The notes beneath the pieces are model-generated. The model worked only from the letters and a program-made list of their open reading frames with translations, made no database searches and was not told the origin of the DNA. From Glaucostegus cemiculus (lineage: Eukaryota): a stretch of 64,000 nucleotides of DNA. The translations under genes were made by a program, and so were the position numbers. Shown one piece after another: positions 50,564 to 63,711 of this stretch (the first letter of the stretch is position 1; every line of letters starts with the position of its first letter). Where the stretch lies: assembly GCA_976551045.1 (NCBI GenBank), contig CDPCPM010000013.1, positions 23,374,001-23,438,000 on the forward strand, given 5' to 3'.

Positions 50564-51277
50564 ATGGAACAGAGGGATCTAGGATTACAAGTGCATTCTT
50601 CATTGAAAACAGCGTCACAGGTGGACAGGGTTGTGAAAAGACATTTAGCATGCTGGCCTTCAGTCAGGACTTTGAGTATAGGAGTTGGGATATTATATTG
50701 CAGTTGTATAAGTCATTGGTGAGGCTACACTTGGAACACTTTGTACAGGTTTGGTCATCCTGTTATAGGAAAGGCATGGTTAAACTTGAAAGATTACAGA
50801 AAAGATTTACAAGGATGTTGCCAGGATTGGAGGGCCTGAGTTATAGGGAGAGGTTGGCCAGGCTACATCTTTATTCTTTGGAGCATAGGAGATTGAGGGG
50901 TGACCTCATAGAGGTTTATAAAGTCATGAGGGGAATAGATAAGGTGGACGGTAACAGGCTTTTCCCCAGGGTAAGGGAGTCCAAAACTAGGGGGGTGTAG
51001 ATTTAGGGTGAGAGGGGAAAAATTTAAAAGGAACCTGAGGGGCAACTTTTTCACACAAAGGGTGGTGAGCAAATGCAACGAGCTGCCAGAGGAAGTGAGT
51101 AAGGCAGGTACAATAACATCATTCAAAAAAAACTTGGATAGGTACGTGCAGGGGCAGGGCTTAGAGGGATATGGGTCGAACACAAGAAATTGGGACTAGC
51201 TGGATGGGCACTACAATCAGCATGGATTCGTTGGGCCAAAGGGCCTGTGTCCGTGCTGTTTTGCACTATGACTCTAC
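50564..51277 (+). mobile_element. CR1-clade (HER1-like) LINE, 5'-truncated 3' end (~715 bp)
   Basis: Translates EQRDLGLQVHSSLK, LYKSLVRLHLEHFVQVWSSCYRKGMVKLERLQKRFTRMLPGLEGLSYRERL..LYSLEHRRLRGDLIEVYK and RGNFFTQRVV. Tail gggccaaagggcctgtgtccgtgctgt..ctatgactcta. Frameshifted. Confidence 0.95.
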
Positions 51278-53639
51278 GTTGCCCTTAACTCTCCAGTCAT
51301 CCATGGTCTTCTGTTGTTTCAATCACGAATACATTTGCCTGTCTTACTCTGAGCTGTTTCATGCATAGCACTCAAGTCAACTTAACTAAATCAAGAATTT
51401 TAGGAGATATCTTGAGTTCCTTCTTTCAAAACTACACTGAAGTCAATCATATTTTGATTGCAAATATATAAATGATCATGCACATCAAAATTTGAATTAA
51501 ATATGTACTTTGCTAAATCCAATATGCCCTACCCATGTTCTGTCACATGTGATTGCTCAAAAATTTAGCAGTGCTCAATAGCACTAAATATGCCATATTA
51601 AAAACAAAGAAGCAAAATACAGTTTGCAAATAATAATCATGTAAATTAATAGGGTTAAATTTCTGTGATTTCCTATCTAACATATCACTGATCTGGTTAT
51701 TTCCAATTCATAAGATGCTTAAATCTCAACAGCTTTCTGCCTTTACTCCACATTTGTCTAATCCCAATGCATTTATACATAATATCACTCAGGAGTTATT
51801 TTCGGGGGAATGATCCACACCGTCCATCTTTTAATGTGCCTGATTGACTTTTGTTCCATCATCTCTTGTCACTGAATCAGGTTCATCTTTAATCACTTGG
51901 GCTATTCCACCTGCTCTGCTATTTCTCATCTTTCCTGGAAACCCTCTAATTTGATAAATTTAGTTCCTTGTCCTAACTGTCTTGCAATCATATCATACCC
52001 TCCAAGTTGAATTTGCACCACCTATTATTCTTTTTATACTTTTGTGCACTTGTATAAAAGAAACATTTATTTGCGACACCGATCTTAACCACTCCCTTCT
52101 GCTAATTTTTAACTCCTGCATTTGATATTATAATTTCCATCTAAAGAAGAGGGGATATTTCTGGGGAGAAAGATGTTTGTTCCTGAGTGGGTTCTGCACA
52201 GCATAGTTTCAGGGGTTGAATGGCATTCAGTCATTAAATTTATAATTAATTTCACATAACCTGAGCCAGACTTGCACTACAGTCAAGGTAATAACTTGGA
52301 GGTTTGATTCTGTATATAACAAAGTATCAGCAACTACTCCCGATCTCATCCCCTCTCTGCTTCCATAGGAAGAGTATTGAACATCCTCCAAACCAAAGGT
52401 GAATTCTTTGTGAAAAGAATATAATTACTATTAAATGTGTCATTGGGCTTGTAAGCATTAGACAGTGATAAATAAAGTGAAATGTAACTTCTCCCATGTA
52501 ACAAAAAATAGACTTCAGCTGGCTGTGGTTCAAGGTCAGGTTTTTGGAAAGCAATATTTTTTTAAATTCAAAGACACAAACATAATGCTGCAAACAACTT
52601 TGACAGTTTTGTGATTGATGATTGTGAAGTACGAAAAAGGCAGAAGAAAACCAGTTCCAAAATGAAATAGTTACCAACAATTCCTCTCCGACAATGAAAA
52701 CAAATAACACTTAACAAGATAGTGTTATCCTATTTACTTTTGTTTTCTAGGGCATTCACTTTTACACATTTTTGAAATGATTATGCACCAAATGTGGATG
52801 TCATTCTATGGCCCCCACACGAAAAGCTCTGTCTATATTCTAATTACTACTTTTTATTCATCAGTGTTACAGAAAATGCCCTAAAAATAATCCCACTGAA
52901 CCAATGCATTAGGCTACTTTAGATCATTCCACAAATTGTGCAAACCTACAATAGGATAATGCACTTTAATGCTACTATTTATTGGGCAATTTTGAGATGT
53001 CGTTTACTCTGCAGTTCATTCACTACCAGTGGATTGCAAAATTTGACATCAAGAGGGCAAGATGGGCCAGGCTAACTAACTCCTTGACATCCTGCTTATT
53101 TTCCTTCCTACTCAAAATTGCTGTCCATTACCACCCACTTTGGGCTCCTGCTGCACTTGAATGTGTGCCTTGTAAAATATGCATGAAATTGTCCTTTAGC
53201 AAAAAGCAAAATTGGGCAAGAGTGCACAAACTGTACAACTGTACAGATTGTGGACAACATATGTGTGATGTTTTGCACAAGAGCATTGTCAGGTTTTGTA
53301 AAAGACAAGGGAAAACATCGTCACCAATAATCAAGGAGATGCTACTAATATTGTAGTGTTATAAGTATGAAGTAACATGGTACAGGGATTGTCAGCTTCT
53401 TTAAGACTAACTCTAATAGTAAAACTCTGCACAGTGTTATATCACATATGACACATTTCCAGTTTCCTGCAATTTTTGGAGATAGCTGGATTATGTAGAG
53501 TTTCAGACAGCACAATACTTAAAATTAGAAAAGCCCCATGCCAAGCCACCTCACTGTACTGTACATCGGTGCCTAATTTATCCAGAACTCCTGCAGTGAT
53601 CCAGCCAGAAAAAGATGACTTTTCTCATTGCTATCACAG

Positions 53640-53810
53640 CCATGCACCTGTTTGGCCTAAACTGGCACCTGCAGCCGATGGAAGGGCAGATGTACCAGAT
53701 CGGTGAGAACAAAGCCAGCAGTTGGCCAGTGCCAACGGACGTCACATTGTCTCCCTCTGGTGGCACAGGTTTAGACTTGCCTGAAAGGAAAGGCAAAGGA
53801 ACCAGTGAAG
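53640..53810 (+). CDS. TENM4: Teneurin-4 coding exon D (extracellular linker), 171 bp, phase 1 to 1
   Basis: Acceptor ttgctatcacag|C and donor AAG|gtatgg. Translation AMHLFGLNWHLQPMEGQMYQIGENKASSWPVPTDVTLSPSGGTGLDLPERKGKGTSE; the LQPMEGQMY and SSWPVPTDV segments are TENM4-like. Confidence 0.96.
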
Positions 53811-55387
53811 GTATGGTCTACTCTAAGCATAATCAATACTATGAACCTGCTCTTTGAATCTTCAGTGTACTTTATGTTTAACATTCAAGGCTTTATTTGT
53901 TGGTTATGTTTTAAAACTTTACATGCAGTGTTTCCTTTTAATATTTTTCTGCCTTATTATTGTTGCATACTTTGAAAAGGGTTTATAGATTCTCAACATC
54001 CTTCATATAAACTTCTGTCACATTAATGTATTCAACAAAAAATATGCATTTTAATGGAGAACTGTTATTTTATGGCCATGAAATACCCATCAAGAAAGCT
54101 GCTTTGGGAACATTATGCACAGTCCCAGTCAGGCAGTCAGATCTAACTTTTATTATTTATTCAGATGTAAAAACTGTTCAGAATCATTGAAATTTTAAAT
54201 GCTGTCCTTGGCTGGCACTGAGTTGGATACCCTTCAAACCAATCTTACATTCTGATGTTGTTATAATCCAAGGTGCCACATCTTGAGGCCAGAGGACCAA
54301 GTAATAAAGAATTTTTGATTTGCGATTCAAAATATTTTGATATTTTTTTTGTCAGTAGGCAGGTTTAAAATAATGTTGGTTGTTTGAAAATGTCCATGTT
54401 TCTTAAGGATCTAATGCAGTTTTCATATATGTATCAGCAATACAGCTTGTGGACAGGGTCTGCAGTTCAAAAGCAGTTAGTTGTCAGTACACTGTTTTAG
54501 GACGTCCTGAAGTTGCATAAGGGATTGTGCAAGCTTTCAAATCATTTTGGAGACTGAGTATTTAGTTTGTTAGAAAGTGTATCCTTTCTGAAAAGGTGTG
54601 TAACAACAGCAGTAAACTGGAGTGGTGGTGCTTTTATATGAAGCTCCCAGCAGAGATATTGGGGTGGATCTTCTTGAGGCTTGACCACCACCAAAGGTTA
54701 CAGCTCACAGTCCCTAATGCCCACACTCACCGGGATCAAGCACAGAAGGTCAATATCACTGATCCTCAGCACCCCAAATTCAGGCACAGCCATATCCTCA
54801 CTTGGCATATGGAGAGGCCTCTCTCCTAGTATGCCCAGATAGGCCTTGCCAGAAGGCAAAACTGTGTCAGAACTATTTTCTCTTGTCTAAGCTTGTCAGC
54901 GACATTTATAAATTGTTAAAATTGATGTAAGTACTTTGAAAAAGCTGTCCTTTGTAAATAATAATTAAAACATATTAAAAGTTAAATTAATGTTAAATAA
55001 TTTAGGAACATATTAAATATTGACTCCTATTCTGGAGATGGGGAATTCCCATTGAAATGAATGTGGTTTAGGACTCTGCGTCAGGTGTGACCTGCTGTTA
55101 GATTGACACCCCAGCATAATGTTGGGTTATCCTGGCAAGATGTGGAATCTGGTGGCACTTTCTCATTTCGTAGGTTAAGGGCACAGTGAGTGATCATAAG
55201 ATTGGGACTCACTGCTAGGCAAAAGGATGAATGGTTGTGGATCCCTTTGGGATGCCAAACAGAAATATCTACCTCATTCTATCACTGTGTGCATGACAGA
55301 GCACAACTTGTGTATTTACATGTGAACAAAGGCCTTTTCTCTGCATTTCCTGGAATGAAGAGCTCGTGGAGGATGTTGGTTGGACTG

Positions 55388-56377
55388 CAGAATCAGAATC
55401 AGAATCAGAATCAGTTTTATTGTCACAACCATATACATACAAAGTATGCATAGGAGCGAGATACCGTCCTCCTCAGGTGCTCGTCCCATAAGAAAAAAAT
55501 AACATAATAACCAACAGAGAGACACATACACTCTTGGCAGAATACACAGTACAAAACATTACACATTAAAAGCTATGGAGATTGAAATTAAATTCAGAAT
55601 CAATTTATCTATTTGTCACTTTCACGTAACATATGCAAAAGACATCAAAGACAATAAAGGACACCGGGACAAAAACATCAAAACATTAACAGCCCCCCAG
55701 CCTCACCCCGCACCTACGACCACCTCCAACCCCCGCAGTCCTACAACCTCAGGGCCCACAGACCATCAACAACCTCCGGCCCACAGTCCGACAGTCCGAC
55801 CACCTCCGGCCCCGCAGTCTGACCACCTCCGGCCCCGCAGTCCGACGGCCTTCGGCTCCGCAGTCCGACGGCCTCCGGCTCCTTCGCCTCCGGCCCCGCA
55901 GGCCGACGACCTCCGGCCCCACAGACCGGCTCCGCAGTCAACCACCTCCGGCACCTTTGCCTCCGGCCCCGCAGTCCGACGACCTCCAGCCCCGAATTCC
56001 GGCTCCGCAGTCCGACGACCTCCAGCCCCGAATTCCGGCTCCGCAGTCCGACGACCTCCAGCCCCGAATTCCAGCTCCGCAGTCCGACGACCTCCAGCCC
56101 CGCAGGCCGACCACCTCCGGCCCGAGCAGCCCCCTCACCGCCCGCATCCCGACGCCACCACGAGGCTCCAGGGCCTACGACACGCTGCCGCCTCCGATGA
56201 GCTCCGATGAGCCGTCGGAGCCGTCAGTACCGACAACGACACCATAAAACGGCACACAAACATCAGGAACAAGAACACACAAGAAAAAAAAGCACAAAAA
56301 ACACTAGAAGACTAACAAAAAAACACAAGGACTACGGACCTGGGAGAGGCCGCTGCAACTGTGTGCGCCGCCATCTT
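55388..56377 (-). mobile_element. Non-autonomous LINE-like element (~990 bp) with CpG-rich VNTR core
   Basis: The minus strand begins aagatggcggcgcacacagttgcagcggcctctcc and ends gtgacaataaaactg(attctg)n. Sharp composition change against the flanks; no RT or endonuclease coding. Confidence 0.78.
55720..56160. repeat. GC-rich VNTR (23-bp and 36-bp units)
   Basis: Core cagtccgacgacctccggccccg. The 36-bp unit ccgcagtccgacgacctccagccccgaattccggct starts at 55969, 56005 and 56041, with a partial copy at 56077. Confidence 0.95.
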
Positions 56378-57469
56378 AAAAAAATGTTGGATGTGATGGA
56401 AATGGGATGAAAAGAATTGGGCAAAGGGATATTCCCAGGACAAGGCAGAGTTGGTAGAAGGGATCCAGGTAGGGGAGGAATTGGTTGGTTAGCAGAGATG
56501 CGATCCTGGAATGATGGGAGTCACATCAGGGGGCCTCAGGATGTCAAAAGTGAGGTCAAATGCTGGGAAGGGATGGAAGCTGTTGTTATAAATCACTTAC
56601 AAATTATGCTACCAAGAATAAAATGGATGTCTTGAACGCCACTGCAACAGATCATGTAAGGTGAGATTTCCTTTAACCAATGTCTAAGTAGGCCTTCCAG
56701 TTAATGTCTTTGAATATGCAAGGCCCACATCATTCTGCATGGAAAGGTTTTACTCCCGACACAGCAGAATAAGCTTTGCACTCCCATTAATGTCACTGTG
56801 CATACCCAGCACCTTATGGATGTATGCATGTGTACTGGGGACCAGAACAACAATCAGAAGGTCACTGAGCATGATCAGGTTTTCAATGAAGTTCTACTGC
56901 AGAGCTCACAGAATGTCACATAATAGAACTTTAATCAAGATCTCAAATTGTCCACTAGATTTCCATTTCCTATGAAGTAGTTAGATCCAGCATTGACACC
57001 AAAGTCTCTGTACCAATGTTATAAAATGTATTTCTTAGACATTTTTGCCTCAACTTTTGCCTGCTCTAATACGCTTTCAGTAGGGCAGGAGGCACGGCCA
57101 CTCGACTTTGAGACAATTGACTGGCTAGAATGGAGCATTAATTCTATTCATATTTGTTGTAAAAATGCAGCTATTATTGTCTCTGAAGTTCATCTTTGGT
57201 TGATAATGTTACAATATTGTCCCATCAGCTCATTGTACTCTGCCTCTGAAGTTCATTCTATTGCCTTCGATGAAATTAAATTAAAGAGGCAGAGTACAGC
57301 ACTGCTCCTACAATATAGCATGTTGGTGCAAATAATTGGGGATGAATTTCCAGGAATATATGTGTCATTCTTGATTAGGTTTGAGTTGGAGTTTCAAAGA
57401 CGGGAAATAAATTAAACTAAGAATCCATACTGTCATAATGTACAATATTCCATGCCCCCACATGTATAA

Positions 57470-57722
57470 ACTTTTTTTTAAAACTTTTTATTTATACAGT
57501 AACGGGCCCTTCTGGCCCAACGAGTCCGCCCCGCCCATTTAAACCCACGTTAACCTACTCGTACATCTTCAGGATGTGGGAGGAAACCGGAGCACCCGGA
57601 GGAAACCCACACACAGACACGGGAAGAACGTACAAACTCCTTAAAGACAGTGATGGGAATCTAACTCTGATCACTGGCACTGTCATAGCGTCACGCTAAC
57701 CGCTACGCTACCATGAGCCCCA
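57470..57722 (-). mobile_element. Young V-SINE, same subfamily as 35890-36146
   Basis: gtaacgggcccttctggcccaacgagtccgccccgccc..tgtgggaggaaaccggagcacccggaggaaaccca..gaacgtacaaactcctt..cgctaaccgctacgctacc. Confidence 0.9.
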
Positions 57723-58196
57723 CGGTAATCTAATGCTTAAATGTTCAAAGATTCTGAAAGAAACTGAGTTAAAGGAAGTAACCTTAAAATGTGCCTTGAT
57801 CTCAACACAGCTTGGCTTTGGGAAAGGATCCAGAGGCTGACATACTCCATTCATAATGCATGAAACAGTGAAGCCAAGTTCTTCACTACCGTCATTGATA
57901 TTGGAGTTGAGGTGGAAAATGAGCCAGAAAGATCAGTGTGCAATTAACAAGCAAATCTTCCTTTTAAGGGCAGGAGGAGAATAGAAAAAGGATTCACTGA
58001 AGTCCTGACTGATATTCGGACAAAGGTTCTGAAAGAGCAACTGCTGGAACTACAGGAAGGCATCAGTTAACACTTCATCCAGCAGAACTCTACTTCAAAA
58101 GTTTGGTTCAAAAGCACTTGTGACCAGAGATGATATGGTTTCAAAATACTTCAGAATGATTAAGATGCTAAGTGCCAAAGTACCAGCAGAGCAATG

Positions 58197-58422
58197 TATA
58201 ACACTGAGGAGCAGTACTTGAGGATACTGCTCTGCTGCTGTATAACACTAGGATACAACACTGAGGGTACAGCTCTGTCACTATTATGACACTAGGTACA
58301 GTACTGTAACTGTATATATATATATTGTGATACAGTACTGAAGGATACAACTCAGCCACTACATGACATTGGGTGCAGTACTGGAGGGTACAGCTCTGTC
58401 ACTGTATAACATCATGGTGCAC
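58197..58422. repeat. Degenerate ~42-bp minisatellite (~5 units)
   Basis: Recurring tataacactgggtacagtactgagggtacagctctgtcactg-like unit. Confidence 0.75.
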
Positions 58423-61400
58423 TAAGATTAGAAAATTTTGTGTGATTTGACCAAGGTGTAGCAGCATCACAGGCAGAAAAGTTAAAATGCCAGCTAGAAT
58501 GACTTCAGTTAATTTGATGTTGAATTCAGACCATAGAGCTGCAGCAAGGAAATCCACACATGCCCCTCAGGATGCCCCCAAGAGATCTTTACTCAGCTGT
58601 AAGATTGAAGTTTGCTGATGCCAGTAACCATGGTGAGCATCAGGAATGTTGAGGCTTCAGTAGTTCCAGAAATCCAACCACCACCACAACAATACCACTA
58701 ACACCCACAAACCCCTCCACTTCCCTACCTCTGTGTTGTTCCCTCAAACCTACCTCTTCAACCAAACTTTTGATCTACTTTAGCATCTCTCCTTTGGACT
58801 CAGTGGCTGGATGGACACACTAGGCCAATCTCACAGGCAATTAGCTGAACAAAATATTGGAATAAATTGTAATTCTTAGTTTTTTTTAAACCTACTTACT
58901 TCAGTGTTAAACATCAGTGAATATCGAGAGATATTTGGAAACTATTAATACTCCAGCTTTTACAGCAAACAAAACTGGGAGCAGATTATTCTCAGCTGCC
59001 AAAGCTTTCAAAAGTACTTTGGCCATAAGAGTTTCTTCATCTTGTTGGCCAAGGCTTTGCCTCCATTCCACCCACACCCTTGGAGTCCAGGATTCTTCAG
59101 GCCAATAGGATTGTTCCTCCTCATCCCCACCTGGTAAGTATGGGTTTGGGGCGAACATAGATGGCGAATCTGGATGGGTAATTTCAGCCAACAAGATGCA
59201 GCCCATCAAAGCTGTCATTTGGAGCGCAATTTTGCTGTAGTTGAACGGACTTAAGAACATTTATTTTGGTTGAATCAGCACTTGAGGTAGAAATATATGA
59301 AGGTGGAACTGGTGAGAGTGTGGCAGAGCAGAAATCAGATTTCATTGTGAATCAAGAGGTAAGGCTGGGCAAGGCTGTAATTCAGGAGATGTCATGAATG
59401 TTGAAGTGCAGGAGCAGAGTGCAGTGTGCAGAGTTTGAGAATGCTCTGCTGTAGTGCCAAATTATAAAACTTTAAGGGTTCTTCAGAGTAAGTTCTGATA
59501 GCAGTGGAGAAACAAAAGGGACTTGTTGCTGTCACCTCTGCACCACAATGACTTACCCTGTGCCCAGCCCCTAACCTATCAGATATTTACAGTTAGAATA
59601 AATTTGAATTACCAGTAAGATATCTTTATCATGCATGAAAATATGCTGAAGGGACACTTAAGAGACCCAAACCACTCTGGTTCATAGACATTGATCCTAC
59701 TGACTGGTCTGCTCCAATTTATTACACTGTAGTAGGTTGAAAAACAGTGGTGCAACCGGCTGCTGGATACACTGCAGTATGCCCAAACAGAGACATAAAT
59801 TCAAACTGTATATCACGTCCTTTGATCCAAAACTACACTGGTTATTGATTTTATAAAACTCTTCAATTTGACGTATACAGCAGTTCAGGATGCATTAAGC
59901 ATCATTCAAATTAATAGTGCATATTGTATATTTGGGAAGAAGTCTCAGGCTGCAAATCATAAGGATATTCATGAGGGACTCAGCAAGAGCAGAGCTCTGG
60001 GAGAATTTGCAGAAATGGGGAAAGGATAACTGGACGGGGAGACCAGGAAGGGGCTCTAGAATTGCCGAAAGAGTTTCTACTCACAATGGAAGCATGGAAT
60101 GGAGATGACCCCAACATCAGAGAAGTGAAGGAGGAATTTGGGGAGATCCATGAATGGTGGGGCAAAGCCATGAAAGGCTGTGGAGGCAATAGTTAGTTTT
60201 AACATGGAAAATGAATGGAGTTTAGGAAAACATGCAGCTGTAATTTGTGGAAGCTGAGATAGGAAAGTATTGCAAAATTTTAAGGTCTTAAATGGCTGAT
60301 TGAATAATAATTTTGGAATTTTAAAAGAATTTGTTTATACTTGAAATCAAATTGATGATTAAGTTTATGATCTAGAAATCATTGCATCCATCAAGAAGCC
60401 ACTAAACTGGAGAGGTACAGTGGCCAATGAGTGTTTTGTAGATGGGCCTCAGGTAAGCCAAGATTTGTGGGTCATTGGGGTGAGACTGTGGTTGAAAGAG
60501 ACAGGGAGGGGGAGTGATAGAAAATATCAGAGGATTCGGATATCAGTTGTCACGTCAGAACATGAGGGGGTGGCAGTGATCAGTGAAGGGGGTTGGAATT
60601 ACAATTAGCTGGAGTAGGAGACAGGGTCCATTGTTAGGGACGCGGAAGAGACCTCCAGAAGGGAGAGCAGAGGGTAAGTAGCAAAGTGAAAGGACACCTA
60701 CCCTATAGGAGGATCCATGAGCCAGACTTCATGGCTCTAGACCAGCACAGGCAGGGTCCTTGGAAGAAACGGGTCTGCACAAGTGGCTCATGCTGTCTGC
60801 AGGCCATGTAAAAATGAATACTAACTGAATGGCACCCTGAATGTTCATTGTGCACAAGTCCTGTTGTCTGTGTGCCTAATGATGTCAGACACAGAGGAGT
60901 CTAACTGAGAGTGATGCATGATTAAGGGCAGCAGTCCTACTTTAAGTTGTGGATCGCACAAACACTTGGCACTAATCAGTAAAGTTTTGATGTTTGCACC
61001 TTTAAATACAAAAGGTTTAATGCACAGAAGCATGCACTGGAATGGCTGGCACACTCAGGCCAGTTTCATTAAAGTCGATGGGGGAGTGATTTTCACATAT
61101 GCTTGACATGGAAGGTTTTGTGGGAGCAAGTGGTAGAATTTCCCTGGATGCAGTACAGTTGCCACAAGTAGTTTCAGGAATTATTCAAGGAGCATACCTT
61201 ACCTGCTTGATCTGCCAGAATGGGAGGAGCTCTTAGAGTGACAGTTCTTGATGGGAACCACTGCTGCAAATGGTCAGGCAGATTCAATGCTTCATATCAG
61301 AACTGGACACTGGAGTGAGTACTGAATGCTTGATTGGGTATTATGACAGCAGAAGTGGGCACCCAGCCAAAATTCAATGTGGCTCAGCCCCCGTGCACAA

Positions 61401-62901
61401 AGAAACTAGAGGTTTTATCTACAGAACACAGAAAAAGCTGGGCCATGTATGCAAGGAGAAGAATCCATCATTTTCTTTCATGACAGAGTCTCCAATGGTG
61501 TTCAAATAAGGAATGTCCTTTTAACTGACACTCAAGTTCTTATCGTATTTTAAGGCTTGCTTTCCTGGTCAAGGCCAATGCTATTTACCAGTCGTGTCTA
61601 CTCAGTCTAGTGTTGTAGTCACAATATCAAACAAGAGTTGGATGCTGATTGACATTACAACTACTAGCCGTTCAGTCACTGTCAGTAGATATGCCAAGCA
61701 TGCAATTCAATTTCCCACCCCACATGCTCAAATGTGTTGATTGCATGACTCCTCAACTATACACCTCAATTCAGTCATACCGTGCATAAAACATAGTCTA
61801 CATGAATGAATTTTCAGACTAAATCTTCTCAATTCAGACTATTAAATAATTAATTTTCTTTGCATTAAATCGCAACCTGCTGCATTATTTATATTGTACA
61901 ATTCCAACTCTCAGAATGCTTAAAGACACTTCAAACCACTCAAACTCTGAATTATCACAAGCAAACTTTGGCAGTGTAGGTTGAAATAAAACATTGACAT
62001 TTGATGCATTACTTGAAGCCAAGTTCTTTTCTTGATGACCATTTATTTGAACAGCTGTTTATAGAGCTTTTTTATTTCAATCCAGAAAACCAGCGCATGA
62101 TTACAACATAAGTCAAAAGTCACTGCAAACTTCAATAGAAGGCAGAAGTATATTAAAAGGGAATCTTGTGTGATATTATTTACAGTTATTAAAAAAATAC
62201 CAATAACAAAAGTTAGCTATTTTGCAAATCATAACTGACAGCACAAAATTGCAGAGCAACAGGCTGAGTTAAATAGTAGGATTAAATGTAATTGCAGGCA
62301 TGCTTTTATTCTGAGTCACACATTAGGACAAAAAAGTGAAATTGTATTTTTTTTTGCAAATGTTCTGGACCTGAGTGGGAGATAGTCAGCCTCTGAGAGC
62401 TCTATATTAAAAAGGCACTCATAGCAGTTAAATGTCATTCTAGGTGTCCAGTAATATGAATCAAAATCAATAACCTGAAGATAGCAAACCATAGGATTGT
62501 CCATGAGTTAGTGGAGCTAAATTTGAGTGAAACAAAATTTAATTTCATTCCTCTGTAAACAACAGCATTAGAATGTCACTGTTAACTGGATCAGCTCTTC
62601 ATGACAATTTGGTTCAGCTTTTGGAAAATCTAAATTGCAAGTTTTTTTAACAAAAATAAAAGGCATTTGAAATAATTTTAATAGTAACTCAGATTTTAAG
62701 ATCATTACGCAGAGCTGGGTAATGCAGTATAACACTGCATTTGGTTTTTGTCTCTGCATATTTATGATTTTGCTTTCTCCTCCTATCTCTAATTTCTTCT
62801 CTAAATATGGATTCTTATATGCAGTTTCCTCCTTCAGGTTTTGTGGCAGCAACTTTCCCCTCATTTAACAAGGAAGTACAATTTTCTCAATATTTTCACA
62901 G

Positions 62902-63116
62902 GAAAAACAGACAATTTAATCCCAGAAGACAGCTACATAGATACAGGAGAAATTGATATTGGGCGAAGAGTCACTCAGAAGATACCACCAGGGCTATTCT
63001 GGCGCACTCAAGTATTCATAGATCATCCAATGTATTTGAAATTCAACGTGTCACTGGGAAAGGATGCTCTGGTTGGAATTTATGGTCGACGTGGCCTTCC
63101 TCCATCCCACACCCAG
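62902..63116 (+). CDS. TENM4: Teneurin-4 coding exon E (start of extracellular Ig/C2-like fold), 215 bp, phase 1 to 0
   Basis: Acceptor tattttcacag|G and donor CAG|gtaagg. Translation [72 protein letters not shown] is a conserved teneurin block. Confidence 0.97.
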
Positions 63117-63508
63117 GTAAGGAGTGTGCACAATGAATGGACTTCCTTCACCAGAAGAACTGCAGCCATTCAATAACATGGCTTAAGGGCAGTGAGGGAG
63201 AGGTATTAAATGCTGGTCATGCTCATGGAACCAATAATGAATTAAGAAGGATAACATATCATTTATTTTTTAAGTAAATGATATTAGCAGCTGTAAATAT
63301 TCAACTTAAATGTTAATGCAATTAAAAATAGTTTTGAAGGCAACTTAACTTTGTATTTTTCCATATAGAAATCCATAGGAAAACCATGGCCAGACAAATT
63401 AATATGTTAACATTTAAGAACAGGGAAAGGTCACAAAATCATTCTGTTTCATTGATCTACTTTACATGCCTAGTTTCTCGTAATATCCTGCATTCACCAG
63501 AAATTCTC

Positions 63509-63552
63509 AGCCCATTTATCTTTTGAGCCCATTTATCTTTTGACGCCATTTA
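63509..63552. repeat. 17-bp direct repeat x2.5
   Basis: agcccatttatcttttg agcccatttatcttttg acgccattta. Confidence 0.85.
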
Positions 63553-63711
63553 CTTATGCTGTCTTCTCCAATGGTTTTGCACGCCAAATCATTCCAACTA
63601 AAAATCTTCCTTGAAGCCTTAGCGAAAGTGAAATGTAAAACTTAATTACATTTCCTTGGTTAAGTATCCTTTAAATAAGTTAATTGTGTTCACTACAGTT
63701 CACACCAAGGA

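Noticed and set aside
50497-51199. 167-aa ORF as a host gene
   Set aside because: Frameshifted C-terminal part of a CR1 LINE ORF2.
55969-56102. 36-bp repeats as a CRISPR array
   Set aside because: The units are directly adjacent with no unique spacers, the context is a vertebrate intron, and there are no cas genes.
55575-56247. 211-aa and overlapping Pro/Arg-rich ORFs
   Set aside because: They are open only because the GC-rich VNTR lacks stops; several frames on both strands are open and there are no splice signals or domain.
56993-57415. 140-aa ORF
   Set aside because: No recognisable domain, non-ATG start and intronic composition.
62821-62901. Upstream acceptor tttcctccttcag|g extending exon E
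   Set aside because: It adds 64 nt and shifts the frame; the 62902 acceptor restores the teneurin sequence.
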